From: Lama glama
Taxonomy: Eukaryota
DNA: 64,000 nucleotides
Assembly (NCBI GenBank): GCA_028534125.1
Contig: CM052816.1
Span: 94,800,001 to 94,864,000, forward strand
Reading direction: 5' to 3'
Both the position numbers and the translations under genes were made by a program. Below are positions 12,281-24,878 of this stretch, piece after piece. Each line of letters starts with the position of its first letter. The first letter of the stretch is position 1. A model generated the notes under the pieces. It was not told the DNA's origin and ran no database searches. It saw only the letters and a program-made list of their open reading frames with translations.

Positions 12281-12724
12281 TGTAGTTTTGTAATTTGAGG
12301 TGTGGTGTATTTCTTGTGTTCATTGTTATTTTGTGTCCTGTTAAGTTGTGTCACTTAAAACAATTATATAAATAAATTAAACTGTTTTGAGTTTCAAAGA
12401 AACAACAAAGTCCAGTGTTTAACTGTATTTTCTCGATCATGTGCAAGTCATGGATGACTTGGGAATTAAAATCAGATATTCAGCTATCTACAAATTGTAC
12501 GTTTCTCTTGCTGACAGTAAATCAACCAGAAAACACAATTAGTAAAATGTCTTTTGAAGAAATGCATTTTGCTTGGTGCATTTTCCATGGATTGGCACAA
12601 AACAGAACCCTGATTAATTTGAAGTCATGTCAAACTTCAATTCCAGTTGTTTCCCAGGATTATTTCCCTTGAACATAATAAGCCAGAAACAGAGAAGGGA
12701 CTAGGATGCGCGGCGTAAAGGGAG

Positions 12725-12910
12725 GGGAGCATGTTTGTTGAGCATCTGCTTGATTAAAAGTACTCTCGCCACGGTGCTTTCATTCATCATCAGAGCAACT
12801 CAGAGAGGTGGACTGTCTCATTGTCAAAGTGGCTTAGAACAAGGATGTGTCCATGAAACAGCCCAGCACACAGCTAGGAAGCCACAGAGGCAGGATCCGA
12901 GCCCGGTGCC
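12725..12910 (-). mobile_element. MIR SINE (degenerate)
   Basis: 'gcatgtttgttgagcatctgct...gtgctttcattcatcatc...acagcccagcacacagctagg...aggcaggatccgagccc'. Confidence 0.5.
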
Positions 12911-13039
12911 TCGGCCCGTCCCTGTCTCAGTGCGCTCATCTCACGGGCTTCAGTGGGAAGACAGAGCAGAAATTGGAAGCTGGGTTCCTGGTCTGACTTC
13001 GCCGCTAACCAGCTGTTGAACCTGAGTGCTGATCCAGAG

Positions 13040-13255
13040 GCGGGGCTGTGAAGTCAAGAAGAGCCAGGGTTTGAATCCCGCCCCTGCCACTTGCTAGCTG
13101 TGTGACCTTGGATCACTTCCTCTGTGCCTCAGTTTCCCCATCTGTAAAGTGGGGGTGATATTAGCATCAGAGGATCACATGAGGATTAAACAGACAGATT
13201 TATATACAAAGCTCTTGCAACAGTGCCTGGCCCTTAGAAGCCCTGTTGAGGACAG
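13040..13255 (+). mobile_element. MIR SINE
   Basis: 'gggtttgaatcccgcccctgccacttgctagctgtgtgaccttgg...ctctgtgcctcagtttccccatctgtaaagtgggg...acagtgcctggc'. Confidence 0.88.
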
Positions 13256-14213
13256 TTACCCACCCCCTCCTCATACCAGGCTGCATTTGTTCATGCAAAG
13301 AGTGTGAGAGTCAGCCATTTCAGTCTCCCCAGCCCTGCGCCATGAGGTTGCTAAAATTTATGGAACGCCCTACGGGAACCAAATGCCGGTTGAGTCCAAC
13401 ATGTACTGTTTGTTGTTGTTTTGTTGTTCCAGTACAAAGATTATTTTTTTATTTGGTTACAAGTTTATTACCTTCTCAGAAAACAATGAGGTGTGTATTA
13501 ATCTTCAAGGATTGTAACTGACAAACTTAGTGGTTGGAGGACATTTATTTCCAAGGATGAACCCAAAGCATAAGTAATTTTTAAGAGACTGTGTTTATTT
13601 GCCTACTTAAGAACTGTTGTAGAATCCGATATTATGAGAATGGACCTGCTCAGTTAGCTTATTTAAGTGTTGATCCTTGACCTAACTTGAAAAGGAATAC
13701 GTGAATTTAAAATAAGAGTTTATTTTTTTATCCTTGTGTTAAAAATTATAAATAATTTCATTTTGGTTGTTTTTTACCTTGATTATTAAGAAATGAAATG
13801 TGCATCAGCTGTTGACAAAGATATATTTAATGTATTTTTTTAGAACTTTCTCGGACATCTATACTTCTAAATCTTTCTAATTCTTTGTCATTGAAAAACA
13901 ATTCTTTGTTCAACAACAAAAAACCTTTACTTGGAACAAATGCCATTATTTTCATTAGAGGCTTAAGAGCAAAAATGAACTATAACATTTTATGCAGTGA
14001 GAAAAAAAAAATCATTGTATTACACTTGATTATTTGAGTTTATGATCCATTTCCAGATAGATCATATTTAGTGTAATGTACGTGGCAAGACCACGTTAAT
14101 TAAACCTTGAACAAATCTTGTTCCAGGGAAATTTTTAATGTTTTGTGGACATCTTTTTGTATCAGTTAGCTTTTGTGGAAATTGTTTTAGTTGTTTTCAC
14201 ATGTGTGTTTTCT

Positions 14214-14811
14214 TTTTTTTTTAAACAATGTAACATTTTCTATTGATTTATAATCATTTTACAATGTTGTGTCAAATTCCAGTGTACAGCACAATTTTTC
14301 ATTTATACATGAACATATATATATATTCATTGTCACATTTTTTTCTCTGTGAGCTACCATAAGTTCTTGTGTATATTTCCCAGTGCTATACAATACAATC
14401 TTGTTTATCTATTCTACATTTTGAAATCCCAGTCTGTCCCTTCCCACCCTACGCCCCCTTGGCAACCACAAGTTTGTATTCTATGTCTGTGAATCTATTT
14501 CTGTTTTGTATTTATGCTTTGTTTGTTTGGTTTTTTTAGATTCCTCATATGAGCAATCTCATATGGTATTTTTCTTTCTCTTTCTGGCTTGCTTCACTTA
14601 GAATGACATTCTTCAGGAGCATCCATGTTGCTGCAAATGGCATTATGTTGTCAGTTTTTATGGCTGAGTAGTATTCCATTGTATACATATACCACATCTT
14701 CTTTATCCAGTCATCCATTGATGGACATTTAGGCTGTTTCCATGTCTTGGCTACTGTAAATAGTGCTGCTATGAACATTGGGGTGCAGGTGTCATCCTGA
14801 AGTAGGGTTCC
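14214..14811 (-). mobile_element. 5'-truncated young LINE-1 (ORF2 C-terminus and 3' UTR) with 18-bp TSD
   Basis: ORF 14545-14862 contains CTPMFIAALFTVAKTWKQPKCPSMDDWIKKMWYMYTMEYYSAIK (L1 ORF2 C-terminus). There is poly-T at the left end and an identical ttcacatgtgtgttttct at 14196-14213 and 14812-14829. Confidence 0.96.
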
Positions 14812-15392
14812 TTCACATGTGTGTTTTCTAATTACTCTGCAAAAGATGTTTGTAATTGACATTGGAGTTTTTTTTCATACATAGGTTTCTCTAACATTTT
14901 TACCAATGAACTTCACTGGGCATTCACATGAAATGGGAAATTGATAAGATGGTAGCTTCACTTAAAAAGCCATTATTTATTGCTAAATCAGACATACAAC
15001 CAACAAAAATTTAATAAAGACCCAAAGCAGTCATACAAATACCACACATACATAAACTCAAAGACCTTAACAACAAGGCTTTGATTAATATATGTCATAT
15101 GAAAATTAAGTAAGATTCTCATAAAGTTGTAAAATATTGCCTGTAAGTAAAACCATCAGTGATTCCACCAGTAAGGTTGGCTTTTCCCTTAGTTAAGATG
15201 AGAACAAAGGATGAATATTGGTGGAGATCATTAAGGTTTCCCTTTCAGCATCTTCTAAAGAGAAGTACTTATCATGCTAGGAGAGGAGAGAGAGAGGAGC
15301 AGGAACAGTCGAGGAAAAACATGGCAAAAATTAAAAGCAGAAAACATAAATATTCCCTAGAAAAATCTATGGCTTCATCCAAGCTGTGTTTT

Positions 15393-15892
15393 NNNNNNNN
15401 NNNNNNNNNNNNNNNNNNNNNNNNNNNNNNNNNNNNNNNNNNNNNNNNNNNNNNNNNNNNNNNNNNNNNNNNNNNNNNNNNNNNNNNNNNNNNNNNNNNN
15501 NNNNNNNNNNNNNNNNNNNNNNNNNNNNNNNNNNNNNNNNNNNNNNNNNNNNNNNNNNNNNNNNNNNNNNNNNNNNNNNNNNNNNNNNNNNNNNNNNNNN
15601 NNNNNNNNNNNNNNNNNNNNNNNNNNNNNNNNNNNNNNNNNNNNNNNNNNNNNNNNNNNNNNNNNNNNNNNNNNNNNNNNNNNNNNNNNNNNNNNNNNNN
15701 NNNNNNNNNNNNNNNNNNNNNNNNNNNNNNNNNNNNNNNNNNNNNNNNNNNNNNNNNNNNNNNNNNNNNNNNNNNNNNNNNNNNNNNNNNNNNNNNNNNN
15801 NNNNNNNNNNNNNNNNNNNNNNNNNNNNNNNNNNNNNNNNNNNNNNNNNNNNNNNNNNNNNNNNNNNNNNNNNNNNNNNNNNNNNNNNNNNN
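15393..15892. other. assembly gap (500 N)
   Basis: Run of N. Confidence 1.
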
Positions 15893-16523
15893 AGAGAGGA
15901 ACTCTGGCAGCAGTTTCAAAAAGAGGCACCCTTTTTGTAAGTATTTATGTTTCTGCCAGACATAAATTATGAACCTCACATGCATATACTCTTCATGGAG
16001 ACCAGAGCGCTTGTTTCTTTAATTACACATGTAAACGTGTGCCAGTTCGTTCGGCCCTCTGACAATACTACAAGTTCAATACGTGCTCTGGTCCAGTTGG
16101 ATGCAATGTAAATTTAGCTTGAAATTTTTAAGTGAAGAAACAATGTGCTCTTTTTAAAATTGAAGACGATGTCTGTTTTGGCCAGGATCAATAAACCAGA
16201 GAAACCTTTTTTTCTTTTTCTAGCATTTAATTATAGCCCAGAATAGATTTCAGATCATTCAGATATAGGGCCCCAAGTGTTATAAAGCTGTTCTGTTCTG
16301 TTTCTCAAGGCCAGGGAAGGATGAAAGGTGAGTGAGTCAGTGTCGCTTGCTGGGATGGGCACTGCTCTGAGCTCTTTCCCTGCTGTGCCTCCTTCAGAGG
16401 AAGCGTTAATGCCGTGGTCAAAACCAAGACAGTTTAGCTTTAAGGAACGTCCTACACCTCTTCAGACACCTTTAAGAACACTATTGGGAAAAGGGCCAGC
16501 ATACATATCATTTGCTGTTTGGA

Positions 16524-16555
16524 AAACAAACAAACAAACAAACAAACAAACAAAC
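16524..16555 (+). repeat. (AAAC)n microsatellite, about 8 units
   Basis: Seen directly. Confidence 0.95.
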
Positions 16556-17595
16556 ATAACCATAATTTGGAAGAAATAGTACAAATTTAAGTAACTTCAT
16601 CAGACATATGAGCTCTAACTGGTTGAAAAGTGATACTATAAAAAAATACAGATTGCAATGTGTATATAAGTATATAAACCTTCATTATATAATTTTTTTT
16701 CATTTAGTGTAAATAGCATGATAATACTTTACGTGCTTTCGTTATTTTTAAGTTGTACTTTGGTAATTGAGAAAGTATATAGGTACCTTACTGAGGTGAC
16801 TCTTAAGTTCATTCAGAATTTTTTAAAATATGCTTTCAGTTTCTAACACACATCTGGAAAAGGAAATATGGAAGGATCTGAGATACAGGAGGCACGTCCT
16901 GTGTCTCATGGAACTACCTGGATTTTCCAGAAATTACACTGATATCAGGCATCTTTGAAAACCCCACTTCATACAAGATCCCTGGCACTTCTGCCCTTGG
17001 CACTTTCACGTTAGAGGTAGAGTTCCTTGGGTTTCACCGTTAATGGTTTGATCCATCTTCTTCCTCGATAGTTCTCTTTTGGAAAGTTTTTTCCTGCACA
17101 GCAGCAACAATGTCTCATTCCCCTCCAGGCACATCCTTTTATCCCTCCTCTGATACCTTCGCTGCCCTTTCAGTGTTGCAAACTCAGAGGATGCAAATGC
17201 ATCTCTCTTTCCTCGGAGTAACAAATAGAAACAATGAAAGGCTTGGTTAAAATGTTAACACCAAAAGCACTGCACACCCTCTGTGTGAAGTCATTTTAAT
17301 AGTTAAATATCCATGCAGAATATACTGGGCTACTAGAACTGAAGATGTTCCTTTCAATCAGACGATTTTGCTTCTTAGTAAGACAAGTTTGTAATATTTG
17401 CAGAATAGGTGTGATCCAATTAAATCACATAGCTAAGTATTTGCCATTTCAGTGCCAGGCTAGCAGGCTGTCCCCTCTCATGGTTATTTGGTCTCCGACA
17501 AGGGAGCCTTGGAGGAGGGACCAAGCTGCTTAGGCTCTTTTAAGTTAATGAAAGTCTTTTAAAGCCCCTGTGTATCTGCATCCCAGTTAATAACT

Positions 17596-17613
17596 GATGA
17601 CACCTAGTGGTGG
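17596..17613 (-). promoter_or_regulatory. candidate CTCF site
   Basis: The minus strand reads CCACCACTAGGTGTCATC, close to the CTCF core CCACTAGGTGGCA. Motif match only. Confidence 0.35.
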
Positions 17614-17974
17614 GTGAATTTGAAGCCCGTGGATACAGATCCGAAATAAACCATAGAGGTGTTTTCACACCTCAGACCAGACATTTACAGACTGAGGATG
17701 AACCCCAGCATCACGGGGCACAGTTGACAATTGGTAACTAGGGAAGGGGAGCCTCTGCTGCTTCTGCCCTTAGTGGGCAATGACAGTGCGAGAGATTCCA
17801 TCAGGTCCCCTCTTGGGAACCTGGGAAGGGATGCCCTTCCCAGCATTTGTCACCCATCCAAAGTAGGATTCAGAGCATCTCAGTGCATGTGCGCCAGGCA
17901 ATTCTTGAGCAAGAGGCATTTGTTTCTCCTCGTGATGTTCACTGGAAGAGTTTCCACATGAGGAGCCAACCCAT

Positions 17975-18360
17975 AATGGCAGCTTCTCTATTAAAATATG
18001 TGCAGTGCAAATTATGCTAATTAAGCTGGAGTGTAATTATAGACTAGAAAGATTCTTCGCAGTCTGAATTGAATTGTTGTAGATAAATGTGCATTAACTT
18101 AATAGTGTGCAGCTAATTATGAAAGGTAAAGGAGAGGAGGAGGGGTAATCAGTTACACGATGTTTCAGAGACGCCACCGTCCCAGGTGAACTCTCCCATT
18201 AAAAGCCCAGGTAACCCCGATGATGAGAATTCTTCTGGTGTTTGCCTCTGATTTTCAATAGTGCAATTAAAATAGCCACTGGTGGCTAATTAACCCATTT
18301 AACTCTATTTGTCTGTGGTATTTATTACAGCAGGGAGTTAAATGCGGTGACACTCGGCCA
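17975..18360. promoter_or_regulatory. candidate conserved non-coding element / developmental enhancer
   Basis: No recognisable repeat. Four TAATTA (18018, 18034, 18114, 18287), further TAAT/ATTA cores and an octamer-like ATGCTAAT (18014). Confidence 0.45.
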
Positions 18361-19434
18361 CTTTATGTCCTATCCCAAGTATCTGCATGGAGTTAATTTT
18401 TTATTCTTTATTTATGCTTCTGTATGCATTTATGATAATTATGAAAATGAAGCGAGGATCCATCGTCCCAGTGTGGTTTTGCCAAGCTCAACTAAAGCTG
18501 TATTCTGGGAAATAAATTCTTTCTACTCAGAATTAAAACAAGCTCAAGTGGCAGTCATATGCCTTTTGTTCCAAAGCTATCAATTCAAAGGATCTGAGAG
18601 ATGTTATCATCATGCAGTGGGTACCAGGAGAAAAAGGCAGTCATTTAATCCCTTCAACTAAATAAAGAAGGCATTCTGAAGTCTTATCAGTCAGATGGGT
18701 TTCCCGTGTTCCTTGATCAGAGCCACCTGAACCAGCTAAAGGAAAGGTACTTTTTTCTTTTTTAACATAGAGACTACATATAGTGATGCTGAGTGAGTTT
18801 TCCACTGATTTCGGAAAATTTAACGTTGTCGTGTCTTCTAAGCAGAATGGCTTGACACCCGGTTGAACGCTGCTAGAGTCTGGGAGAATAAAGACCTACC
18901 AGGCACTGAGTGTTCAGAGGACTTGCTGTACCGAGGTCCTTTACGGAGGGTGCAGCTGTCCAGTCAAAGGAGGGGGCATCACACCTCACTGTTCCTTCTC
19001 CTTCTTTGTCTTCTTGAACTTTAAAAAAATCCCTTGAATTGCTTTTTTTTTTCAGCTGGAAAACCAACAGAAATGTTGAGATGTGCATCACGCTTTTACA
19101 GATTCCCTTACATTTCTTTTTTCTCTCCTTTCTCATTTACATTATTGCTCTGTGGTCTTATGTATAGACTATTTGAGACACTAATGATCAATAACCCAGA
19201 ACCTTAATAGAAATTGTCTAAATCTTCTCTGACGTATCTATATGTTCTTTAGAACGCTTATAGCAGTTTCTTTTTTGATTTGATAGTATTTAGCTTGTCT
19301 TTGTTTTGCTTCTAACATGTTGTTACATTTCTTTCTGCCAAGATAATATTGTCATCAGAAAGTTCCTTAGCGTCTGTTATTTAATTAATATACTTTTGAG
19401 GGAAGTATGGAATTGTTCTTGCCTGTGAGATGAG

Positions 19435-19990
19435 GCAGTGTCACTGAGTAATTACAACCGGAATTTCTGAAGGTCTGATGCCTGGTTGGGACTCCAGAGC
19501 GCCCCCTGTTGTAACTGTGTGACTCTGCATAAAGTTTTTAACTTTTAGCCTCAGTTCTTTCACCTGTGAACCAATAAAAACATTATTATCTTCTTCAAAG
19601 TGGTCAGCAAACTAGAGCCCAAGGGCGAATTCCAGCCGCCACCTGTTTTTATAAATAAAATTTTATTGGGACACAGCCACGTCCATTTTGTACATTTTTT
19701 CTATGGCTGCTTGTGATCTCTAGCTGCAAAGTTGAGTCATTGCAGTGGGAACTGTGCGGCCAGCAAAGCCTAAAATATTTATCTGCCTCTTAATCAAAGA
19801 GGTTTGCTGGTTCCCTAGATAGAATATTAAATGTGTGTTTTTGTGTAAAAGACATATTAAAAACGTGTGTGTAAGACCTGCATATGTGCGTGCATATGCA
19901 TGTGCAGGACGTATATACAAGTTTCAGCATAATGCCTGGCACACCATGAGCATTCAGTATATGTGGACAGTTTTAAGTATTATTATTACT
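19435..19990 (+). mobile_element. MIR SINE split by MER58A
   Basis: Left part 'ctgtgtgactctgcataaagtt...agcctcagttctttcacctgtgaa'; right part 'gcataatgcctggcacac..tgagcattcagta'. Confidence 0.6.
19598..19817 (+). mobile_element. MER58A (hAT-Charlie MITE)
   Basis: 'ggtcagcaaact...cctgtttttataaataaaattttattgggacacagccacg...ctatggctgctt...gcaaagcctaaaatattta...ggtttgctgg' matches recalled MER58A. Confidence 0.9.
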
Positions 19991-20181
19991 TGGTTAAATC
20001 CAGTTTTACTTCATTGTTAGAAAATCAGGAAGAAGACATTAGATGAGATACCTAAATTAAATCCTCAAAATAATCACAATTTAAATATTTTTCTTGGAAA
20101 AATATTTTCTGAAGTAAAGACATTGTTTACCATTTAAGAAGATGTTGATTATAAAAATTTATATCATGATATTTTCCCAAA

Positions 20182-20635
20182 TGTAGTCGTTTCCTCACAA
20201 TGGCCATAAAAAATTACCACCAGCTTGGGTGGCTTGAAACAGAAATTTATTGTCTCACAGTTCAGAGGCTGGAAGTCTGAGATCAAGGTGTCAGCAGAGC
20301 CATACTTTCTCCAAAGGCTCTGGGGGAGGATCCCAGCTTCTGGTGGTTGCACTCCTTGGTGTCCCTTGGCTTGTAGACACACCACTACAAACGCTGCCTC
20401 TGTAGTCACATAGTGTCCCCTGTGTCCATTCTCACATGGTCTTCTCTCTGTGTCCAGATTTCTCTCTTACAATAATACTAGTCATTGAATGAGAGCCCAC
20501 CCTAATCAGGATGACCTCACAACGGTATTCCGTCTGCAAAAACCCTATTTCCAAATGAGGTCACACTCACAGGTTCTGGGGGGTAAGACTTCAATGTATT
20601 AACAAAACAAAAAATATAGAATTCAACCTATGCCA
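20182..20635 (-). mobile_element. MLT1B/C-like solo LTR
   Basis: 'aattaccac..cttgggtggctt.aaacagaaatttattgtctcacagttc.gaggctggaagtctgagatcaaggtgtcagcag' and 'accctatttccaaatgaggtcaca'. Confidence 0.9.
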
Positions 20636-21039
20636 TCAAGTAACTACCCTTTAGAAAATGGATAATTCCCCTTGTGTTTTAGAACAAATGATTGAAGGGA
20701 CTATTTCAGTCAGCCATTTCTGTGATGGGGAACTAAGAATAGGGACTGACCAAAAATGCTGTTAGCAACCCATTTTTAACAAAGAACATCTCTGTTTAGT
20801 TGATTGAAAGGTAAACATGAGATTTCAGAAGACAAGCCACCAGAGGGAACATGATATCAGATGCCTGGAAAGACCCTGTCCAGGGCAAGGGGGACCATAT
20901 CCACTCCACCTACACCAGTAACATCACACCTGGGACACTGTGTCCAGCTTTTGGCAGCTCCTGAAAGAGGCAGATTAGAGTGTGTTCAGAGGAGAGGAGA
21001 GAGTACTCAAAATCACGCCAGATGAGGAAGACTTGGTTT

Positions 21040-21287
21040 TGTTTTTTCATTTGTTTTTTAATTGAAGTCTAGTCAGTTTATAATGTTGGGTCAATTTCTG
21101 GTGTACAGCATAATGTTTCAGTCATCCATATACGTACATGTATTTGTTTTCATATTCTTTTTCATTATAGGTTTATAGGTCACTACAAGATAGTAAATAT
21201 AGTTCCCTGTGCTATACAGAAAGAACTTGTTGTTCATCTGTGTTATAGATAGTAGTTAGTATCTGCGAATCTCGAACTCCCAATTTG
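21040..21287 (-). mobile_element. LINE-1 3' UTR fragment (cetartiodactyl/camelid-like)
   Basis: T-tail, then 'attgaagtctagtcagttta.aatgttg.gtcaatttctggtgtacagcat...atatagttccctgtgctataca...ctcgaactcccaattt'. Confidence 0.85.
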
Positions 21288-21474
21288 ATGTAAGTAGATA
21301 CGAAGGGTATGGAGTGGGTGTGAGAACAGAGAGGCATGCAACAATTACAAAGTTCTGAATTCAAGGCTCATATTAGAAAATGCTAAGAAGTATTTTAGAA
21401 GTGACTCATCATGCCACCATCAGTAGCAGTGTTCATTTATCCTCCAGTGTTCTTAAATTTCTCTTAGTTTTCTT

Positions 21475-21680
21475 TTCTTTCTTTATTGACGTATAGTCGA
21501 TTTACAATGCTGTGTCAATTTCTGGTGTACAGCAGAGTGATTCAGTTATACATAGAGATAAACATATTCCTTTTCATATTCTTCTTTATCATAGGTATTG
21601 AATGAAATTCCCTGTGCTATACAGTAGGATTTTGTTGTTTATCTATGTTATATATAGTAGTTAGTATCCACAATTCTCAA
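21475..21680 (-). mobile_element. LINE-1 3' UTR fragment with 14-bp TSD
   Basis: Same 3' UTR family as 21040. ctcttagttttctt is duplicated at 21461-21474 and 21681-21694. Confidence 0.92.
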
Positions 21681-24023
21681 CTCTTAGTTTTCTTATTCAT
21701 TCTTTCTCTCTTCTCTTTCACTCCCCCCGCCCCCATACATCCACACACACACAATGCACCTACACTTACATTTGTGATTCTATCTCCTGTATAGGTTTAG
21801 ACTTTTGTTTTTGTTTGTTTTTTTTTCCCATTGAATATCATTTCATGAACATTTTTACATGTTATTACATATATTATTTAAACATAACTTTTAATGACTT
21901 TATAAATAGTCTGCTCTGTGGTTGTAACAGCATTCTTTAACCATCCTCCTGGATTGCTGTATTTTAAATACTAAATGGGCCAGCATGAGAGAGGGATTTT
22001 AGACATCTTGAAAGGCGTCTGGAAGTTGAAGATAGAACCAGATGAGTTAGACCCAGAGGTGGGGTCAATATAAAAAGAAAATTTAGAGCAGAATTACCCT
22101 CAGATGGAAATGGGCCAGCTGGAAGGGGTGTTCTCTGTCAAACACACACACTGAACGTTATTCTGTAGTCTGATTTCACGTACCAAGTGGAAGTTGGACT
22201 ACATGGGCGTCAGGATTTCCTTCACCTCGGAAATGTTGTTTTTGGAAAAGGCGTCAGAAGTTCCTGCTGGAACATCACAGACCATATGTAAATAAAATGA
22301 CTCATATGGGAAAGTCTTTTTTTCAAGTAATAGTTTTTGTTTGTTTGTTTGTTTTTAATCTCTGTTGCTGAAAAGAGTTGGAGGGATCAGGAAAATCAGC
22401 CTGTGAATGTAAGAAAGGGCCCTTGAAACTTGCCATCTTTCATAGATGAACTGACATATATAATCAGCACTTGGGGTACGTTCTAACACACCTGGATTTC
22501 TTGGTTAACTTTGACCTTTGACATAGATTTTTTTACTTTTAAGTAGTTGTCCACCATCGCTGGTCTGGGTAGTCACTGTGTTGTTTTATGTTGTATCATT
22601 CTAGTATTTTACCTCTAGTTTGGCTTTCAGGGAGGAAAAGTGTGAGCCAGTTCATTTGCAGATGTAGCTGCAAAATCCATTAGATGCCACACTTCTTCTT
22701 TCTTCCCCGTTTACCAACACTAGTTGCAGGTTGGAAAGACCGAAGCCCGCTGGAGGTCCCCGCACATTCTGTATCTGGCTTGGGGGCGGGGAGAGCCTAG
22801 AGGTAGAGTCTGTTTGTCCTTAGGGTGTCCCACCCCAAAGCTGGAGAAGCAAATGGGCCTTGGTCTGTCCAGCAGGATCCCGAGAGGCTGCTTCAGTGTC
22901 TGAGACAGAGGCCAAATGAAAATGCTAAGTAACTCTGTCCTTGAGAGAGTTAACTGTCTTTTCAGCTGGTGGATTTTACCAGTGGGTGTTTGTCAGTCTC
23001 CCTTGCCAGCCACCCAGGAGAACACTGGGTAGCCTGCCAGATCGCAAGCACAGTGTCAGCACACAACAAATAACACATGAAGCATTCTATCAGCAGGCTC
23101 TGGGGGAAGGAACTCCCAGAATATAAAGAGGCTCAGGCCTCACCCCCGCCTCTCTCTTTGGGGCAAAGCCTAGAGACGTCCTGGGTTGTGAAAGTCCAGG
23201 ACAGACACGTGGCCGTGGCTGTGGCTGTGGCCTTGCTTCTAGTACTTCCTGGGTCGTTTGCCTCCATATTTTGATCCATAATTTTAATTTTCAAATTTTT
23301 GTTAAATGAAACCACCCTAAAATCCTCTCTGGGCCAAGGTGAAGTATAAGACCATGGCTGTGTACCACACTGAAAATGACACACCCCCACCCATATCAAC
23401 CTGCTCTCGGAGCCAGGCCCGTCCCTCCAAGATGTATGTGCCAAGGACAGTTCAAATCTTCAGCACCCTGGTCTTAGGCTACTTGTAATTAGGGATGTGT
23501 CAGAATTAATTTAATAGCCTTTATGTGGCTTAATTCTTTACCCACTGACTCATCTATTACACTTCCCAGTAACACTAAATTTAATGTTACTTCCTTCCTG
23601 GTTGTCGGTAACATCATACTCCTTGTCACCTTGCTCGTTTATTATTTTTTTTCAGATTATTGCTTATCCTTTTTTTATGCATTAAAAATCCAAATTACAT
23701 GATATTTTAAATATCTTATATTAAAAAATTAGTTATCTTGCTTTCTCATTGGGTTTTCACTTGAGTTCTTGGGGTTTTTTCAAGCCCCCCTTTTTAGGTT
23801 GTAAGTTAGAGCCATTAGAAGAAGTAACACTTTTAAAATGTGTCATATTTTATGTAGTTACGGTGGTCATTTGTTACTTGAATGGCTCTCTGGGTCAGAC
23901 CTTCCAGAGAGGTCTGACCACCAGGAGATATCATTTTGTCCTTGTCACCGCTCTGCACGAGTGAGTCGTTGTCTGCGTAAAACCCGTTTGTACACCTGCT
24001 GTGCTCTTGCTTCTCATTCTTGT

Positions 24024-24123
24024 NNNNNNNNNNNNNNNNNNNNNNNNNNNNNNNNNNNNNNNNNNNNNNNNNNNNNNNNNNNNNNNNNNNNNNNNNNNNN
24101 NNNNNNNNNNNNNNNNNNNNNNN
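24024..24123. other. assembly gap (100 N)
   Basis: Run of N. Confidence 1.
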
Positions 24124-24509
24124 GTGTGGAGACACCAGAGTGGTCAGGAGGTAGAGGACAGAAGGGTGGCACCCTGGCCACGGCCTCTGTTGGGTTCTCT
24201 GTGGGAAAGCAGGGCAGGGTGGAGTGACCAGCTCAGGACTGGCCAGGGGGGAGTAATTGCAGTGGGCTCTCGAGTAGAGGGGTGGGTGGTCCCTAGTGGC
24301 CGGGCACCTGGCCCTGGGATGGTTAAGGCAGGGGGCTATCGCCTTCACATCAGCATCCTGGCAGGCACAGGCCGCACAGAAGAGGTATGACCCTGGGTTG
24401 GTTTTCTGGGTCCTTTGCTGCTCTAAGAACCGGGAGCCCAAAAAAGGGACAATCTCTCCCCAGCAGGAAGCTTTCCTAAGATGTCAAAACATCATAACAT
24501 ACAGGAAGG

Positions 24510-24878
24510 TTAAAATGTATGTAATACAGTGTGTTTAAAAGTATTGGTAAAAAATATATATATTTATTATTTTATTTTATATTTATTATTTTATAATATA
24601 TTTTATAACATGTATATATTATATAATAAATACATAACATTTTCTAGTATATTATAAAATGTAAAATATTTATTTTGATATATTCAAAACAGTATATTTA
24701 ATAGAAATATTAATATACAATAAAATATTTATATAATTTAATTAATGTATTAATTACTATAAATATAAATATCAAAGTATAAATGGTTTAATATATTTAA
24801 AATACATAATGTGTATATATTAATATAAATATATTAAAATATATGCAGTACAGTGTGTTTGAAAGTATTAATGAAAAA
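24510..24878. repeat. AT-rich low-complexity tract bounded by a 45-bp direct repeat
   Basis: 24510-24554 versus 24834-24878 is 38/45 identical. The interior is almost pure A/T. Confidence 0.8.

Noticed and set aside
14545..14862. 105-aa ORF with a real protein signature
   Set aside because: It is the L1 ORF2 C-terminus of a truncated insertion, and its N-terminal part runs through the TSD into flank. Not a host gene.
15159..15985. Long ORFs of 184-268 aa (also at 23833-24441 and 35753-36438)
   Set aside because: Artefacts of N-runs being translated as X with no stops.
19876..19906. Alternating purine-pyrimidine tract with a short inverted repeat (tgcatatg...catatgca)
   Set aside because: Typical decayed (TG/CA/TA) microsatellite, whose self-complementarity is a compositional by-product.
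20925..22235. Possible L3/CR1 remnants at about 20925-21030 and 21975-22235
   Set aside because: Only faint motif similarity by eye, too weak to call without an HMM search.
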